From Phoronis australis (lineage: Eukaryota; Animalia; Phoronida): a stretch of 64,000 nucleotides of DNA. The stretch spans positions 124,001 to 188,000 of the forward strand of contig NMRA01000427.1 in NCBI GenBank assembly GCA_002633005.1. The letters run 5' to 3'. The notes under the pieces are model-generated. The model worked only from the letters and a program-made list of their open reading frames with translations. It ran no database searches and was not told where the DNA came from. The translations under genes were made by a program, and so were the position numbers. Of this stretch, positions 39,948-52,600 are shown piece after piece (the stretch's first letter is position 1; the number at the start of each line of letters is the position of its first letter).

Positions 39948-42353
39948 ATTCTTGCGTCTACGTAACTCAATCTTGGACAGGGGTATACGTGGACTGGTGG
40001 AATTTCTCGAGGGCAGAACGCTGAATCCCCATGACAAGTAAGTCCTCCTCGTCACTGGGATAGGTATTGCATGGACATACTAACAATGGTACATGCATGC
40101 ACATGTAAGAACTCAATTTTGCGACCTTGAACTTGGGTGTATATAACGCTGCAGTTTATTGGAAAATGATGAACTTAGGTGTGAGCTCCCGCCGCAACAA
40201 GGCAACCATCTTTAATGTAGCAGATTTGCTGAACATTTTCACGGAAGTCGTCGACGTACCGTTGTACTCGGGAGATGAAGAGAAAGTCGCAGACTTGGCG
40301 CGGGTCCGCAAACGCGATCAGCAAGCCAAAGAACGCCATCTGCAGGCCAAAGAAAAGTATACGATTTTCAGTCACTTTCTCAATCAAGTTCTTGTGGTCT
40401 TATTGGTCATTTAGAATGAAATTTACTAACATATTTTAACAGGATGTTAGTATGCCACTGATCTAACAGTCGTGTTAAAAGCAAAAACTTGCTCGATGAT
40501 ACACAGCGTGGTCTGAGGTGGCCGATAACTAGCTCATCATTTGTCATATTCATGCTAATGCAGTGTTGCAAAGTTTTGACCTGGATTGCAGACCGTTATT
40601 CGATGTCAACGATTTCAGTGAGCTATTAGTAAATGATTCTTAATGGGATTAAACAAGGTACCTAAACTACACGGTCAACGGACTCATAAACACGACTCAC
40701 GGACTGCATACACCATCTACTGATTCACAAACACGGGAACGGACTCACAAAACACGTTCCACGCACTTATATGCACGAGACACGGACTCATATTCACGAG
40801 GAAACACGGTTAACGGACCGCCAAACACGGGGTCACGGTCGAAATGAAGATGTCAGCTGACCCAGGAAGCCGATGAGTCCGTGACCCGTGTTTGGTGGTC
40901 CGTTAACCGTGTTTCCTCGTGATTATGAGTCTCTGTCCCGTGTATTTGGGTGCGAGGATCGTGTTTTGTGAGTCCGTTCCCGTGTTTGTGAGTCAGTGGA
41001 CGGTGTTTGCAGTTCCGTGCGTCGTGTTCATGCGTCCGTGTCCGTGTTTATAAGTCCGTTGACCGTGTGGTTTAGGTACCTTGTTCAGTCTTGATTATAT
41101 ACTTTTCTATATCCCCGAAGGACTGGAAACTGATACGTATCGTCAATAAACCGATGTGGTCTAAGACACGACGTGGGAATTTAATATTTGCAAACAGAAG
41201 TAAGCGATGATAAAAACATTGGGTTCTATCCGTAATGTCCAGGGCATTGTGAAAATCTTCATGGATTACACGAACAATGCGAACATGCTGGGCTTGTGTA
41301 CTTTACACGCGCCTGTGCCACTGTCCTAAAACAAGCTTCGTTTTGAACATTGTTCATTTCAGTTACACACGTCCATCAACGCAGTCGTGGTACTGTGACC
41401 TGCAGTCCTCGAAACCTGCTCTCGTGCTACAACTTAAATGATAGCTGTATACACAATGATATACTAATCAGTGGCAAACATATTACGTTCATTAGTTACC
41501 TGGAATCAACAATATCTGATTTAGTTAATAACCTCAATAGCATCACTTACAATGCGATGAGTTAGGAATGTGCGACTTCTATATAAAAATGCACTTTCAG
41601 GTACCTAAAACATTTGATGAAGGTTCGCATCACCAGCCATCGGGAGGCGCAGATCGTCGCCACATCTTGGGCCAATACCGTCAGTTTTACAAACAGCACA
41701 GGGGTTCGATAGAGCCGGATAGGAATCTGCTACGTGATGCCAAGAGAAAGCTGTATAACATAAGACTGAGAGAATTTTTTCAAGACATTGCCAGGAATGG
41801 TGACTATGAACTGATGCGGAAAGCGACAAGGTATGTCGAGCGCCAAAACGTCATCAATGCGGTGAAGAGCGAATACGCGGACATACAAGAGTGGATCGAG
41901 TGAGAAAACTGGACGAGAACGTTCAAATCAGCAATTTTGAACGTCAAGCCTGAAGTGTTCAGAGAATTGAGGAGACATGGAAAACCTCCACCTCGTGTGC
42001 AAGACGTTGTTAAGTGCGCCCTTACACTTGGCAGTCCAGAGTCGGAAAACTACAGCTGGGAATTCTGCGCTAATTTGTTCGGAGCAACTTCGACAAAATG
42101 CAGCGACAGCATCCAGAAACGAGCGGAGTGTTTTAACTTGGAGAAATTTTCAGTAACGTCAGCAAAGAGTATGCTCCAACGTATTCAAAAATATAAAGTC
42201 GGGAGAATACTAGCAAGGCCGCAGCAATCCGTTATACTCGTGGACTAAAAAAGTTTGCGAGCTGCGTATTGCCGTGACTGAGCAATGGCACATGTTGCCA
42301 AGAACTACAGAAGAGGGTCACTCCAGCCGTGAAAAGAAAACAAAGAGATTTTA
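39948..42353 (+). pseudogene. Disrupted 3-exon gene: helical N-terminal region plus C-terminal dynein stalk microtubule-binding-domain (MTBD)-like region
   Basis: Exons 39948-40037, 40155-40356 and 41601-~42353 with phase-2 GT-AG introns. The last exon reads ...FKSAILNVKPEVFRELRRHGKPPPRVQDVVKCALTLGSPESENYSWEFCANLF...IQKRAECFNLEK...NTSKAAA/LYSWTKKVCE, resembling MTBD helices (EL..PP.V..V..LG..W; SKAA..L..W). Lesions: +1 frameshift near 40188, a probable frameshift near 41650, in-frame TGA 41901-41903, and frameshifts near 42200 and 42230. Confidence 0.65.
40642..41097. mobile_element. Fold-back MITE with ~200-bp arms in an intron of the MTBD-like pseudogene
   Basis: aacaaggtacctaaactacacggtcaacggact... 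pairs with ...agtccgttgaccgtgtggtttaggtaccttgtt around a ~40-nt loop. Arms are rich in CACGG/ACGGA units. Confidence 0.9.
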
Positions 42354-45300
42354 AAAGCCCTGCATATAAAAAGAAGCGCCGCCAGTCGAAAGCTGTGGAG
42401 CCTTTGAACTAGTTCACTGGTAAATGACTTCTAATTTGTCGCCTGGGTTTGATTCCGTAACATTTGTGACGTAAGTAAAAGTAGGTACAGAAATTCACAG
42501 CATACCCTATGTAGTCCCTTGTTCTGTTATGAAAATACATGTTAGTAGTCAAAGGTGCCTTTCTAATAAGGTAAAGCCGACGAACTTTCGAACTGACGAG
42601 AATAAATTAGCAAGTTAGTGGCGGCGAAACTTTCCGTTGAAATAATCGGTTAACTTCATTTTCTCGCTGGTGTTATGACGTCTACTTAGGAACACCGACC
42701 CCACGTATTAAAAGTAAAAATAAATAAATAAATGCTTCCCTCACTAACACGGACTAAACTAAAGATGGCGCTTTAGGAGGCGTGACGCACTAGTGAGCGA
42801 GCAAGGCACACGATGCAAACACTGTTTGCATATTCTGCTGAATCGTTTTCTTATTGGATTTGTAACCTAATTCGGCAACAACCAAACTGTTATGTAGCGA
42901 AACTGGTACTTACCATGTGCGGGCACTCCGACCATTATTTCACCGTTATTACGACTAAAATTTCAAGCCCGGGTGAGAACGTATTTACCACCCGGTTCGC
43001 AGGTACATGTAGATGATTACTTCGAATTTAAGGAAATATTATTAGATTAATATCATTTTTCTAGAAAACAAGTGAAAAGGTTCGTGATAATGTTTTGGTA
43101 AGAAAGCTTGCCAAATTGGCCAAAAATCTTGATTTAAATTCCAAAATTAAAACGTCTGCTTGCAAGTCCTCGTCCACTTCGTACACATTTAAATCTCTCA
43201 AATGGAGCCCCGGTTAAATTAAATGGACAGCTTACGTTTAAAAAACCCAAACTTGAACTCCTCAGATTCGCCCTTGGTACTAAAGAGTAACACTTGGTGC
43301 ACATAGAAGAGGGGAATTCCCTTCTACAATGCGCTCACGCTTTTACGTATTTACGCCGTTAGTAACGTTGATAATTAATTTTCGGCGTAAATGAATAATT
43401 TGCTCCGTTAAAAGTTAATTTATGTCGCAAAGAATCAGTTTGCACCGTTAAAGTTAATTTACGCTGTCAAGAATTAATTTGCCCCAGCAGTTTACACCCG
43501 TGTTCCTAATAATACGCATACGGGTGTTTACGTATTAAAACCTGTCCTGACCTTATAACGTGCAACCTAGTGACAAAACATTTTCCATTGCCATTTGAAA
43601 AGACTGAACGATGCATGAAAGCAACAATGAAAGCAGCGGCTTGGTCAATTGCATTGTTACAGTCGTCGCGGTCATTGCGCATTTATAGTGGGACTGATTT
43701 ATGAATGGTTGTCTTGCATTTCGTGGTGATGGATGTAAAGGATGGGTTGCTTGGGAAAATTGTACCTGACTAAGATTGAGTATAACAAAATACAACAAAT
43801 TTCTTTGAAATTGCCTGTGGGAAATGGACTATTACAGTCAGGAAATAAGTGTCTAAGAACCTTGTCCCCACACACTGTACAGTTGAAACTACGGTCACAG
43901 ATATGATAAAATTGCCAGCTCATTAGCCGATACGCCGTGTTTACCAACAGGCAAATACATGTATAGTCCCGTTCGGACATTAACTGTTGGCACGGCGCAA
44001 CTGAAACTGCGCAAGATGGCCGGTGTCAAGCGGCCTTTTACACACATGTGCCAAGACGGAAGTTGTAGGCAGGAATGTGGGTGCACATGCGCAAATTTGC
44101 GGGAGCCACAGGTCATTATGTTGTTGTTGCTGTTGTTGTTGTCGTTGTTGCTGCTGCTATTCTGCTTCTAGATTTTTGTTTCAATGAGTTTTTGATCAGC
44201 TGATTAACGCTTTCGTCAGCACCGTAAATATATAGACAAGCATTTGATTTGGACCAAGGGTTGTTAACTGTGTGTAATATTCCAACGATTTCCCTTTATC
44301 GTTTTAATCTGTTGCTTTGTAAAAAAATATCTTCTCCATTTCGTTATTGCGACATGGAAATTGCGCAAAATGTATACACGTTATTGCGCAAGCCCAACGG
44401 AGTTGATCCCAGTTTCGTGTTTAGACATATACAGTTGACATGGAGCAAGATGGTCGGGTGCAACTTGCTCTAGCTCACTAACGTATGACAACAGTAATAA
44501 TTCTGACTCACGAATCATGAACAATCTTTATTTACTTACACCATATGGCATATATTTATTCACACAACGACCCCTTATACAAAAATAGAATGTGATATGT
44601 ACATTCATGTATACGTATATACACGGTACTGGCAATTTATGACAATCCAATATCTAACATATTACATATTGGGTTTTCTACAGACTAATTCTTAATTACA
44701 TTCACACTTTGTGGTTGTATTAACTGCTCAAGACGTACTATGTTGTTAAGAGCAACTGTAATGTCAAAATACCGACAAAAGTCAGTATTCAAAACAGCAA
44801 AAGTGAGTTTTATTTTCAATAACGTCGGTCTCCAAACAATAACATTTATATATTTTCCTTAGCATTCCAAGGTACAGTCTCAGTTCCGCTATAGCTTAGG
44901 GTGTTTAATGTTGCATATCTCCTCACCTTGGTTGTTTTGAAATGTTTATAAATACAACCTCATTAACAATATCCTCTCCAGAATATTACAGCATTTCAAT
45001 AAAACAATATGACCCATTCACTTTCACAGTAATATTCAAAATAAATTGCATTTCTTAACGTTGGCGCATAAATCTTTCATTACATATTCGTATCTTTTCA
45101 ATCGTCATTTCAAAGCTGGCTAAATTTCAACAAATTCTCGTCATGTGTTGACCAATGCACATAGCAAACAATTAGTGGCACGGCGAAATGACGTCACACT
45201 AAACTTAAAAATCGATAAAACCATATTTTACTGTGACAAGGGTTCAACTAAAATGTCAAATAAATCTTCGGAAAAGTTCATGTGTTGTAAATTTGGAAAC

Positions 45301-46320
45301 GTCTGACAGAGTTTTGCCGCAATCTGCTTAGTTTATTTTGAAAACAACTGTACTTCACCAGTCTTAACAGGTCAACATAAATCATTTGAGAAAGTCTTAA
45401 AAACTCAAAACTTCCCGAGTTATTGCCTCGTACTACAAGCAAAAAAGATGATCGCACTACTGTCACTTCATTCGCGAGAATATTGCCACTACGTACATGT
45501 AAATCAGTTCAAGGACCCATTTGGATTCATGAAAAGTTTCTTACAATAAGACTAAACTTTATAACTTTGTTGTAATAAGTTGAAAAGGGACTAACATTCA
45601 GAAAATGACCGTTTCATGAACACTTAAGACCATTCGTGGTCTTTGGCGTGAGAGGGTTTTGGCATGGAGCATGCAAACTATGCTTTCGCCACCTACTTGT
45701 ATTGCGAATCCACAAAACTGAGCGATGCTGGGTGTGAAGTACGCTTTCAAACATAACTTTGGACTTAAAAGGTCGAAATTGGATTTTTTCTATAGCTACT
45801 TGGGTATAGTTAGGATCTCGTTTGCGTGAGAAGACCATGGTATGTGTTGAAATTTCTGTTTCACATGTGCAGGTAAGTCACACTGCATTGTCTCTACGAG
45901 TACGCCATTGTTTGCCGGTTCCACCATCAAAAGCAGGTGATCTTCAATTTGACATTGTTTAGGGACATGTGGAAAATGTCAACGAAATTGTTTTCCTCTA
46001 CAATTTACGCTCGTTCTAAACATAAGTGTGGTCATTTAGATCAAAAATCCAATCTTCAAGCCTACTTCGTGGCAGAACGAAACGGGGCTGAAACCATTTC
46101 GTCTTATGTTAGTCCGATTTCGATCTAAGTTAAGACAAAATAGGTTTCATGAAACAGGCGACTTAAGACTTGAGACAGAAATTTGGTTTTACGCAACCAA
46201 TTCACAATCGCTGAATGAATATTGAGCCAACTAATTATGAGCGTTTCACATTCAAGAACGTGTCTGAGTAACTGCCGGTTATTTGTAGATTTTCAGGGAC
46301 TTCGCATTTTTGTTAAGAGT

Positions 46321-49115
46321 CAGGTTCACTATGTCCAAATTTTGACATTCGTTCGATTTTTTTGGGAAAGTAGAAAACTATATATTTTTGGAAACGTCAT
46401 GGAATGACGAATCAGAAGTTAATTGATTCTATTTTTTCGATGGTCATCTTGGCGGTCATCTTGGATTTTTAAAAATGGCGCCGGTAAAATGGATTTTGCC
46501 CAATATATCCGCCCTTGGGTCACTGAGAATGTTAGTTTTTATCGATAGACCTGTAGTTCTGAGGTCAATGAATTGGAAAATTAAATTGGCGGCCATCTTG
46601 GTGGCCATCTTGGTGGCCATCTTGAAATTTCACAAGTGGCGCACGTAAAATACATTTTGCTCAGTATTTCTGTTATTGGGTCACTTAGAATGTTAGTTTG
46701 AATGACTGCACCCACATTTTGTGGGAAAGGAATTGTAAAAACACAATTTCTAAAATGATACATGTAATCTAAATGATTTTAAAAGCAGATACCAACCCCG
46801 AAGAATATTTAAAGGAATTACATAAATGCAGATTAACCTATATGCATATTTACAGTGTATATCGATATTTTTTTCAAAAAGACATTTGAGACATATCTTT
46901 TGAAGATTTCGTTATTATTTCCACTGTTTACTTTGGAATCCAGTTCTTCTCTACTCAATGGAAATGCATTTTGCCTTTGACAGTCGGATGGCAGATAAGC
47001 TTGGCAGTAACCAGGCTGAGGATTAATGACGAGAACAACTATTATAGCCTGCTGGGAAAATCGACCAGAAACATGCTATCAGCCACTATGAATTCACACT
47101 AACACCAAGAGCAATCTTTGCTGCCAGTGCAGCAGTGCTGTCATGCACAGACAAATCGAATCGAATCCACCTTCGGCAGAAACTTTCCGAAGCAGACGTC
47201 TTAGAACAGGACAGTCCTCAAGCTGCAATAGAGGTTTTAGACCCAGAAAACATGTAAACAACATCCAATGAGTGTGTTCATCCAAGCCACAAAACTGCAC
47301 GCGTGGATAGTATGGATGTGATTTTCTTAACTAAAGATTATGACGATATCATTCTGACTTTTGACACCCGCAAAGACACATCTTTGAAGCAAGCTACAAG
47401 AGAAAAAAGGAGGCAGAGAAGGCGTGAAGTACTGCACCAGATAAGAGATGAGACTTACATAAAAACATCTCAATGAGCTGTTTCCTCTACCATGACCAAG
47501 AAAGACCCAACTTACTGAATACCTGTCTTCAAGGACACTTGAATATAATAAAGACTCTACCAATATAGCCATTATTCCATCTTCAGGATGCACAAAGAGC
47601 AACCCACGTGATCTACTCTTAGGAGAAAACGATCACGAAAAAGCAGATGTATTGCAAATACACTGTACATCATGCAGTTTTGGCATCACATCAAGTGGTC
47701 CCTGATTCTCAGCTGATGTTTTTTTTTCAACTGACATGGATTTACTCGTACTCGTCATTGCCTAGTGTGACAGGCTTCTCAGAAATATTTCAGTACCCAT
47801 TGCATCTGGTATTGTGGACGTGAATCCAGTATGGACAATATTAGGTGCTGTCCGGGCAAAGGCTCTTCCTGTTTTCCATGCTTTTACACTGGTCCATTCT
47901 GTAGGTTGAATATATATTTGAAGGCAAAGACCGATGACATCAGTCCACACCAGACATTTTGTACTGCTTATGAAGTAACAGGTGAACCTCTTTTCAAATT
48001 AGCCCCTTTTCCATGTGCATACTCGCCACAGGGTATAGACACAAATAGCATTCCAGAGCTGAGATGGCACCTCTTCTGTAAACATATGGCTTACAGCGAC
48101 AAACGTCCACCAACCATTTGTGCTTTGAAACAGCATGTGCTGAGGTTGATTTTTCAAGCCAGAGTAAGGTGCCAGGTAGTCATTTCTCAACAGGACTTCC
48201 TTGACCCACTGCAGAATGAATTTACAAGGACGGAGATGACCAGCTGAAACACTCACAACTGAGGAGCTTCCGGCTCGAGAGGCTATCATTGAGATGGTTA
48301 GATGCCAGTGCAAAAACAATTCGTCTTCCCAAATATTCTTTTGCCGATCAATGGACCTATCTTACACAGATCTATGTCAGTATAGTGCAGAATGTCAGAA
48401 TGGTAATGATGACGTGATTCCTTGTGGAAGTGATGGGTATAGTAATGATCTATAGACTGCATTCAAAGTTTTGAAAGACAATTGACACTACAAAAAGCAT
48501 ACTTTTGTGTTTTTCAAACGTAAATAAGTTGTATAGGTACTGTTTAAGTTTTAAGTGTCTTGAAAGAAACAAGCTCCTAACGAAATATACAAGAAAGTAA
48601 GATAGTGATCACGTGTCAGATTACATTGATAATACAATTAGAAAATGTGGCTGCTAATAAATGGGGTTGTGGTTATCTTTCTCATTTAAAAGGTTGCATT
48701 TTCAGATTTCTTGACAACAAAAATATGGGTGCAGCCATTAAAACATTCTGAGTGGCCCAAGAGCAAAGATACTGAGGAAAATGTATTTTACGGGCGACAT
48801 TTTTAAAAATCCAAGATGGCCTCCAAGAGGGCATCCAAAAAATAAAATTTCCTTAACCTCAGAAATACATGTGTAGCCATAAAAACCAACATTTTAAGTT
48901 ATCCAAAAGCGGAGATATTGGATAAAATCCATTTTGCCGAAGCCATTTTTGAAAAACCAAGATGGCCGCCAATATGGCCGCCTGATTTTTCATTCCATGA
49001 GGTCTCCAAAAATGTATAGTCTCCCCTTTCCCCAAAAAACTCCAACAAAATTACACAACAAACCTGAATATAAAGTGCGATTTGAGTATTTTGAGTAATA
49101 ATGGAGCGGAGCCTA
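46321..49115 (+). mobile_element. Internally deleted Academ-type (AcademX-like) DNA transposon with long TIRs
   Basis: Imperfect ~430-bp inverted repeats at 46321-46750 and 48690-49066 (caggtt...aacctg; right end probably extends to ...ggagcCTA at 49115). The interior holds a decayed XPG/PIN nuclease and Cys-rich finger; no DDE transposase part is visible. Confidence 0.8.
47327..48450 (+). pseudogene. Decayed XPG/PIN-like nuclease plus C-terminal Cys-rich zinc finger of the transposon protein
   Basis: Across frameshifts: YDDIILTFDTRKDTSLKQATREKRRQ; ENDHEKAD; TDMDLLVLVIA; LGAVRAKALPVFHAFT; ELRWHLFCKHMAYSDKRPPTICALKQHVLR; EAIIEMVRCQCK...YTDLCQYSAECQN. Confidence 0.8.
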
Positions 49116-49696
49116 AGACCGACTTAAGTCTTGAGTCACTTTTTATGAAATACACCATGTCCGTGTTCCCTAGACATACAATATACGCGAGAAATAGCTT
49201 TTGATGTCACGTGCTCAGTTACATGTAGTAATAGGGCAATACCTCGCAAAACTTACGTGACATTATGTTTTCTTGATTTTTGAGAGTCGATGTAACGCAA
49301 CACTGTTTTTGATATCCCTTAGTAATTTGTGTAAAAAAGATTACCTACATTTAGTTACCGTATTCCTTAATAATAAATATGGGGACATTAGCCCATTTTA
49401 CAATATAATTTTGTAATGTATGAGAAATAAACCGTGGGCAACTCTTAACCACGTGACTCAAAAGCTGCGTGTAACCAGTCTACATGACAGAAAATATGAA
49501 GGACAAACAGTTGCAGTGTCACGAACCAGAACATTTGATAGTTACAAAGAGTTGACCGCCGTAACTGGTTTTTACACTAAACAACAAAGTTTAAGAACCA
49601 CTTCACGCGATCTGGCGTTTATAAAATTCAAATATAGGACAAAAGTCTCAGCAACACTGCTCACAAGTATCCAGGACTGTTGTACGTTGGCGGCAT

Positions 49697-52600
49697 TTAC
49701 CCAGACACTGGCGTTGTTGGGGTGTTTTTTGAGTATGGCGATGTTTCGGGCTGTCCGGGCGCTGACGTCATCGGCAAGGTCATCACAGTGACCTCACCCT
49801 GCACCTGTTGTGGACTTCCTGCATTGCTCGCCTGCTGAGTCTTGAGATATCGACGGCACAAATACACGACCAAGGATATTAGGATAACGCCACCGGCAAC
49901 TGCCAACCAGACCCCTGAAGATTGAACGTAACACAATTATGTGTAAAAATGCATATATAAGTGAGCGTTTCGCAGATGAAAGATTGCCGCGACAAAGCTC
50001 GTAGGCCTACTTTGTTTCTGTGATATGATGATGTTTCACAAAGGGGTGCATGATCTTGCATTCCTCGCGATAAACTTTCTCTTCGAAACTTACTCTTCGA
50101 AACACAGCCATGGTAACAGAAAACAGATGTCTAATGGAAGCATGAAATTCATAATCTGGTGCTAATTGAACAGTAAATGTAGTTCGGATAGGGAAAACTG
50201 CATGCATTCGATCACACGCTGGCGACTTTAAACCCAAAATTCTTCCCATACAATTAGAGTTCCAGGTTATTGTTGCTCAGAAGCCAGCAGTAGGGTATAT
50301 TTTAAGTGGTCAGGTGTAAAGTGAAGCGGATTGAGATATTCAATCTACATTTGTGTAAAATCTCATCGGTTGATGTACATGAATGATTCGTCTGATGGTG
50401 AGGTGAGACTGTTCAGGGATGTTGACGCCATTAGCATTTCTGATGTTAATTTGGGGTCATCTAATGATCTAGTGCTGACTGTCTCAAACAAGCCTGTGGA
50501 GTATGACTGTTGCGGGTATTGCGTTGGTCTGGCATGAAATCCCAAATGCCTTCCAGTGAAAGGTCAAGTGAACAAGATTTTATATGTCTGTTAATCAGAA
50601 GTTTCGATTATGTAGGTCAGAACTTCCGGTATTTCGCGACGTTTACCTGCGGTGTAGTGAGAGTTATTTGATTGGAACCTTCAGTTAGGAATTGGAACTA
50701 AGCTATATAACAACGTTGCCGTTGCTCTACAGTGGCGGATCTAGGATATCACAAGGGGGGGGCAACATTTTGTCCGGCTCTAAGCATTTGCGCAAACTGA
50801 ACCACGATTGTAGATGCGCATCACACCGAATGGGGGGAGGTCGGGAGGGGGGCAAACCCCTCTCCCGCCCAGGAAATTTTTCTGTTTTTGCCTTTAAAAA
50901 TCAAGCATTTTCCTTGATTCCTGAAGAATTATTCAAGAAAAAAATACGAGAACGTGTCAAACAGGAAAACTGAACGTACCAAAGACTTGAACTCACGACC
51001 TAGCGGTTAGAGAGCGCGTGCGTTACCACTACACCACCACGAATTAACAATAAGCTCATATTAAAAGACCTACTTGTTTATGGTCCACAGCGTTTGCGCG
51101 CGAAACCTACTTCTTTTCGTAATGCTTATTACACGTTTTATATTTTGTGCGATGAATTCTTAACAAATTTGTCGTATTTAAAATAGTCTTCAAATGCCCA
51201 AAAGACCAAATCCGTTTTTCGTGTTGGCAATAATGACGGGATTGCTTTGGAAATCGTCTTAAGTTAAGGTTTGACAAAGGGAGCATTGCGAGTTTCTGAG
51301 TGATTCACTAAGGCTTCGATTAAAATTCACATCTTACCAGCAGCTTCTGTTTTTTCATCGTCACTCAGGTTCCATTCTCTTTAAAAAATGAAGTAAATTT
51401 TCTTCATTGCACAGTGGAGCAGACGACGAAAACGGAGTCGTAGTGCGCAGCGCCACTGCCGGTCGCCTGGGATATCGCGGGAGAGCCTATACTTAGCCAT
51501 AGNNNNNNNNNNNNNTGGAGCCCCCCCCCCCCCCCCCAAACACTAAAACTGCACACATTTAAATCTTCTTTTCATCCGTATAATTTTAATAACCGGGGTT
51601 AATTAATAAACTCACCATTTCCCTACGCTCTTACTGTTTTATTTTTTTGTGGCAGCCAAGGGGGGGCGGGCCCCCTGCCCCCCCCCCGTAAATCCGCCTA
51701 TGCTCTAATATTTCTATTAAAAACAATTTGAGAACAGTTTTCAATTGATAAGTGATTTAAACCGAAAGTTAGGTTCTTCGGCGGAACCTAGGTATGACGT
51801 CACTTCAAGTTTTGTAGACTATACTTTGGTGCTTACTGATTCAAGTCATTGGATTTCAGAGGTTCGGTTAGATCAGATGTTGGTTTTGGTGAACTTATTG
51901 TAGAAATAGCTCCCTCATGAAGCAGTGAAGCTAAAGAACACGGCGACAGAAATTAAGGTTATATGGGACTTTGCAGACAGGATTCTATTAAGACATATAT
52001 ACATAAGGGCTAACTTGGTAAAGGTATATATTGCCTGACAGTAGAAAACCAGTAGAACAAGCATATGTCGTTACTTAGGTCACGTTGCCATGTCTTTTGG
52101 GGATTTTTTAGAAAAATGGGGGAATATCCACCGGAGAACAAAACAACACAGTCAGTATAAAGTTATCAGTTGTCGTTCAAAATAAATGTTCAAGATGAGA
52201 ACTCAATGCCATTTCATTTTTTATTTGCGCAACGTTTGATTTTTTGTTGATAGGCATAATTTCCTGTTTTTTGAAAGCTCCTAGTACAAAAGTGAAAAAA
52301 CGATTCCTAACAGCGTTTTGGAGAACAGCGCAAAAACCACAGTAAAAAATCAGTATGAATCCGGTCACTGATTCCTGAGTTATGATGTTCCAAATTTTCG
52401 TCAAATGTGAACATTTTCAAGGGTCCTGCATAACCTTAAGTCATGTTTACATCACTTTGGGTACCACTTTTGCTGGACAGAGAGCAGGTTGTTCGCAGTG
52501 CCACAGCAGTAGTAGCGTTGCTTTTTCCCTGCCTTGTTATTACCTTGCAGAAATTGTAATTACTCAAGAAGCAATAAACCCTAAACGTGGCTACTGGTGT

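Noticed and set aside
41901-41903. In-frame TGA as selenocysteine or stop readthrough
   Set aside because: The same gene has several frameshifts and no SECIS was recognised. A CGA-to-TGA nonsense change is simpler.
44600-45100. Possible old LINE fragment on the minus strand (VIENKTHF-like motif)
   Set aside because: Too degenerate to support beyond one short motif.
50363-50545. Ser/Thr-rich stalk exon of the TM gene
   Set aside because: It ends in a stop with no convincing in-phase donor, and exon 3 already joins the TM exon cleanly.
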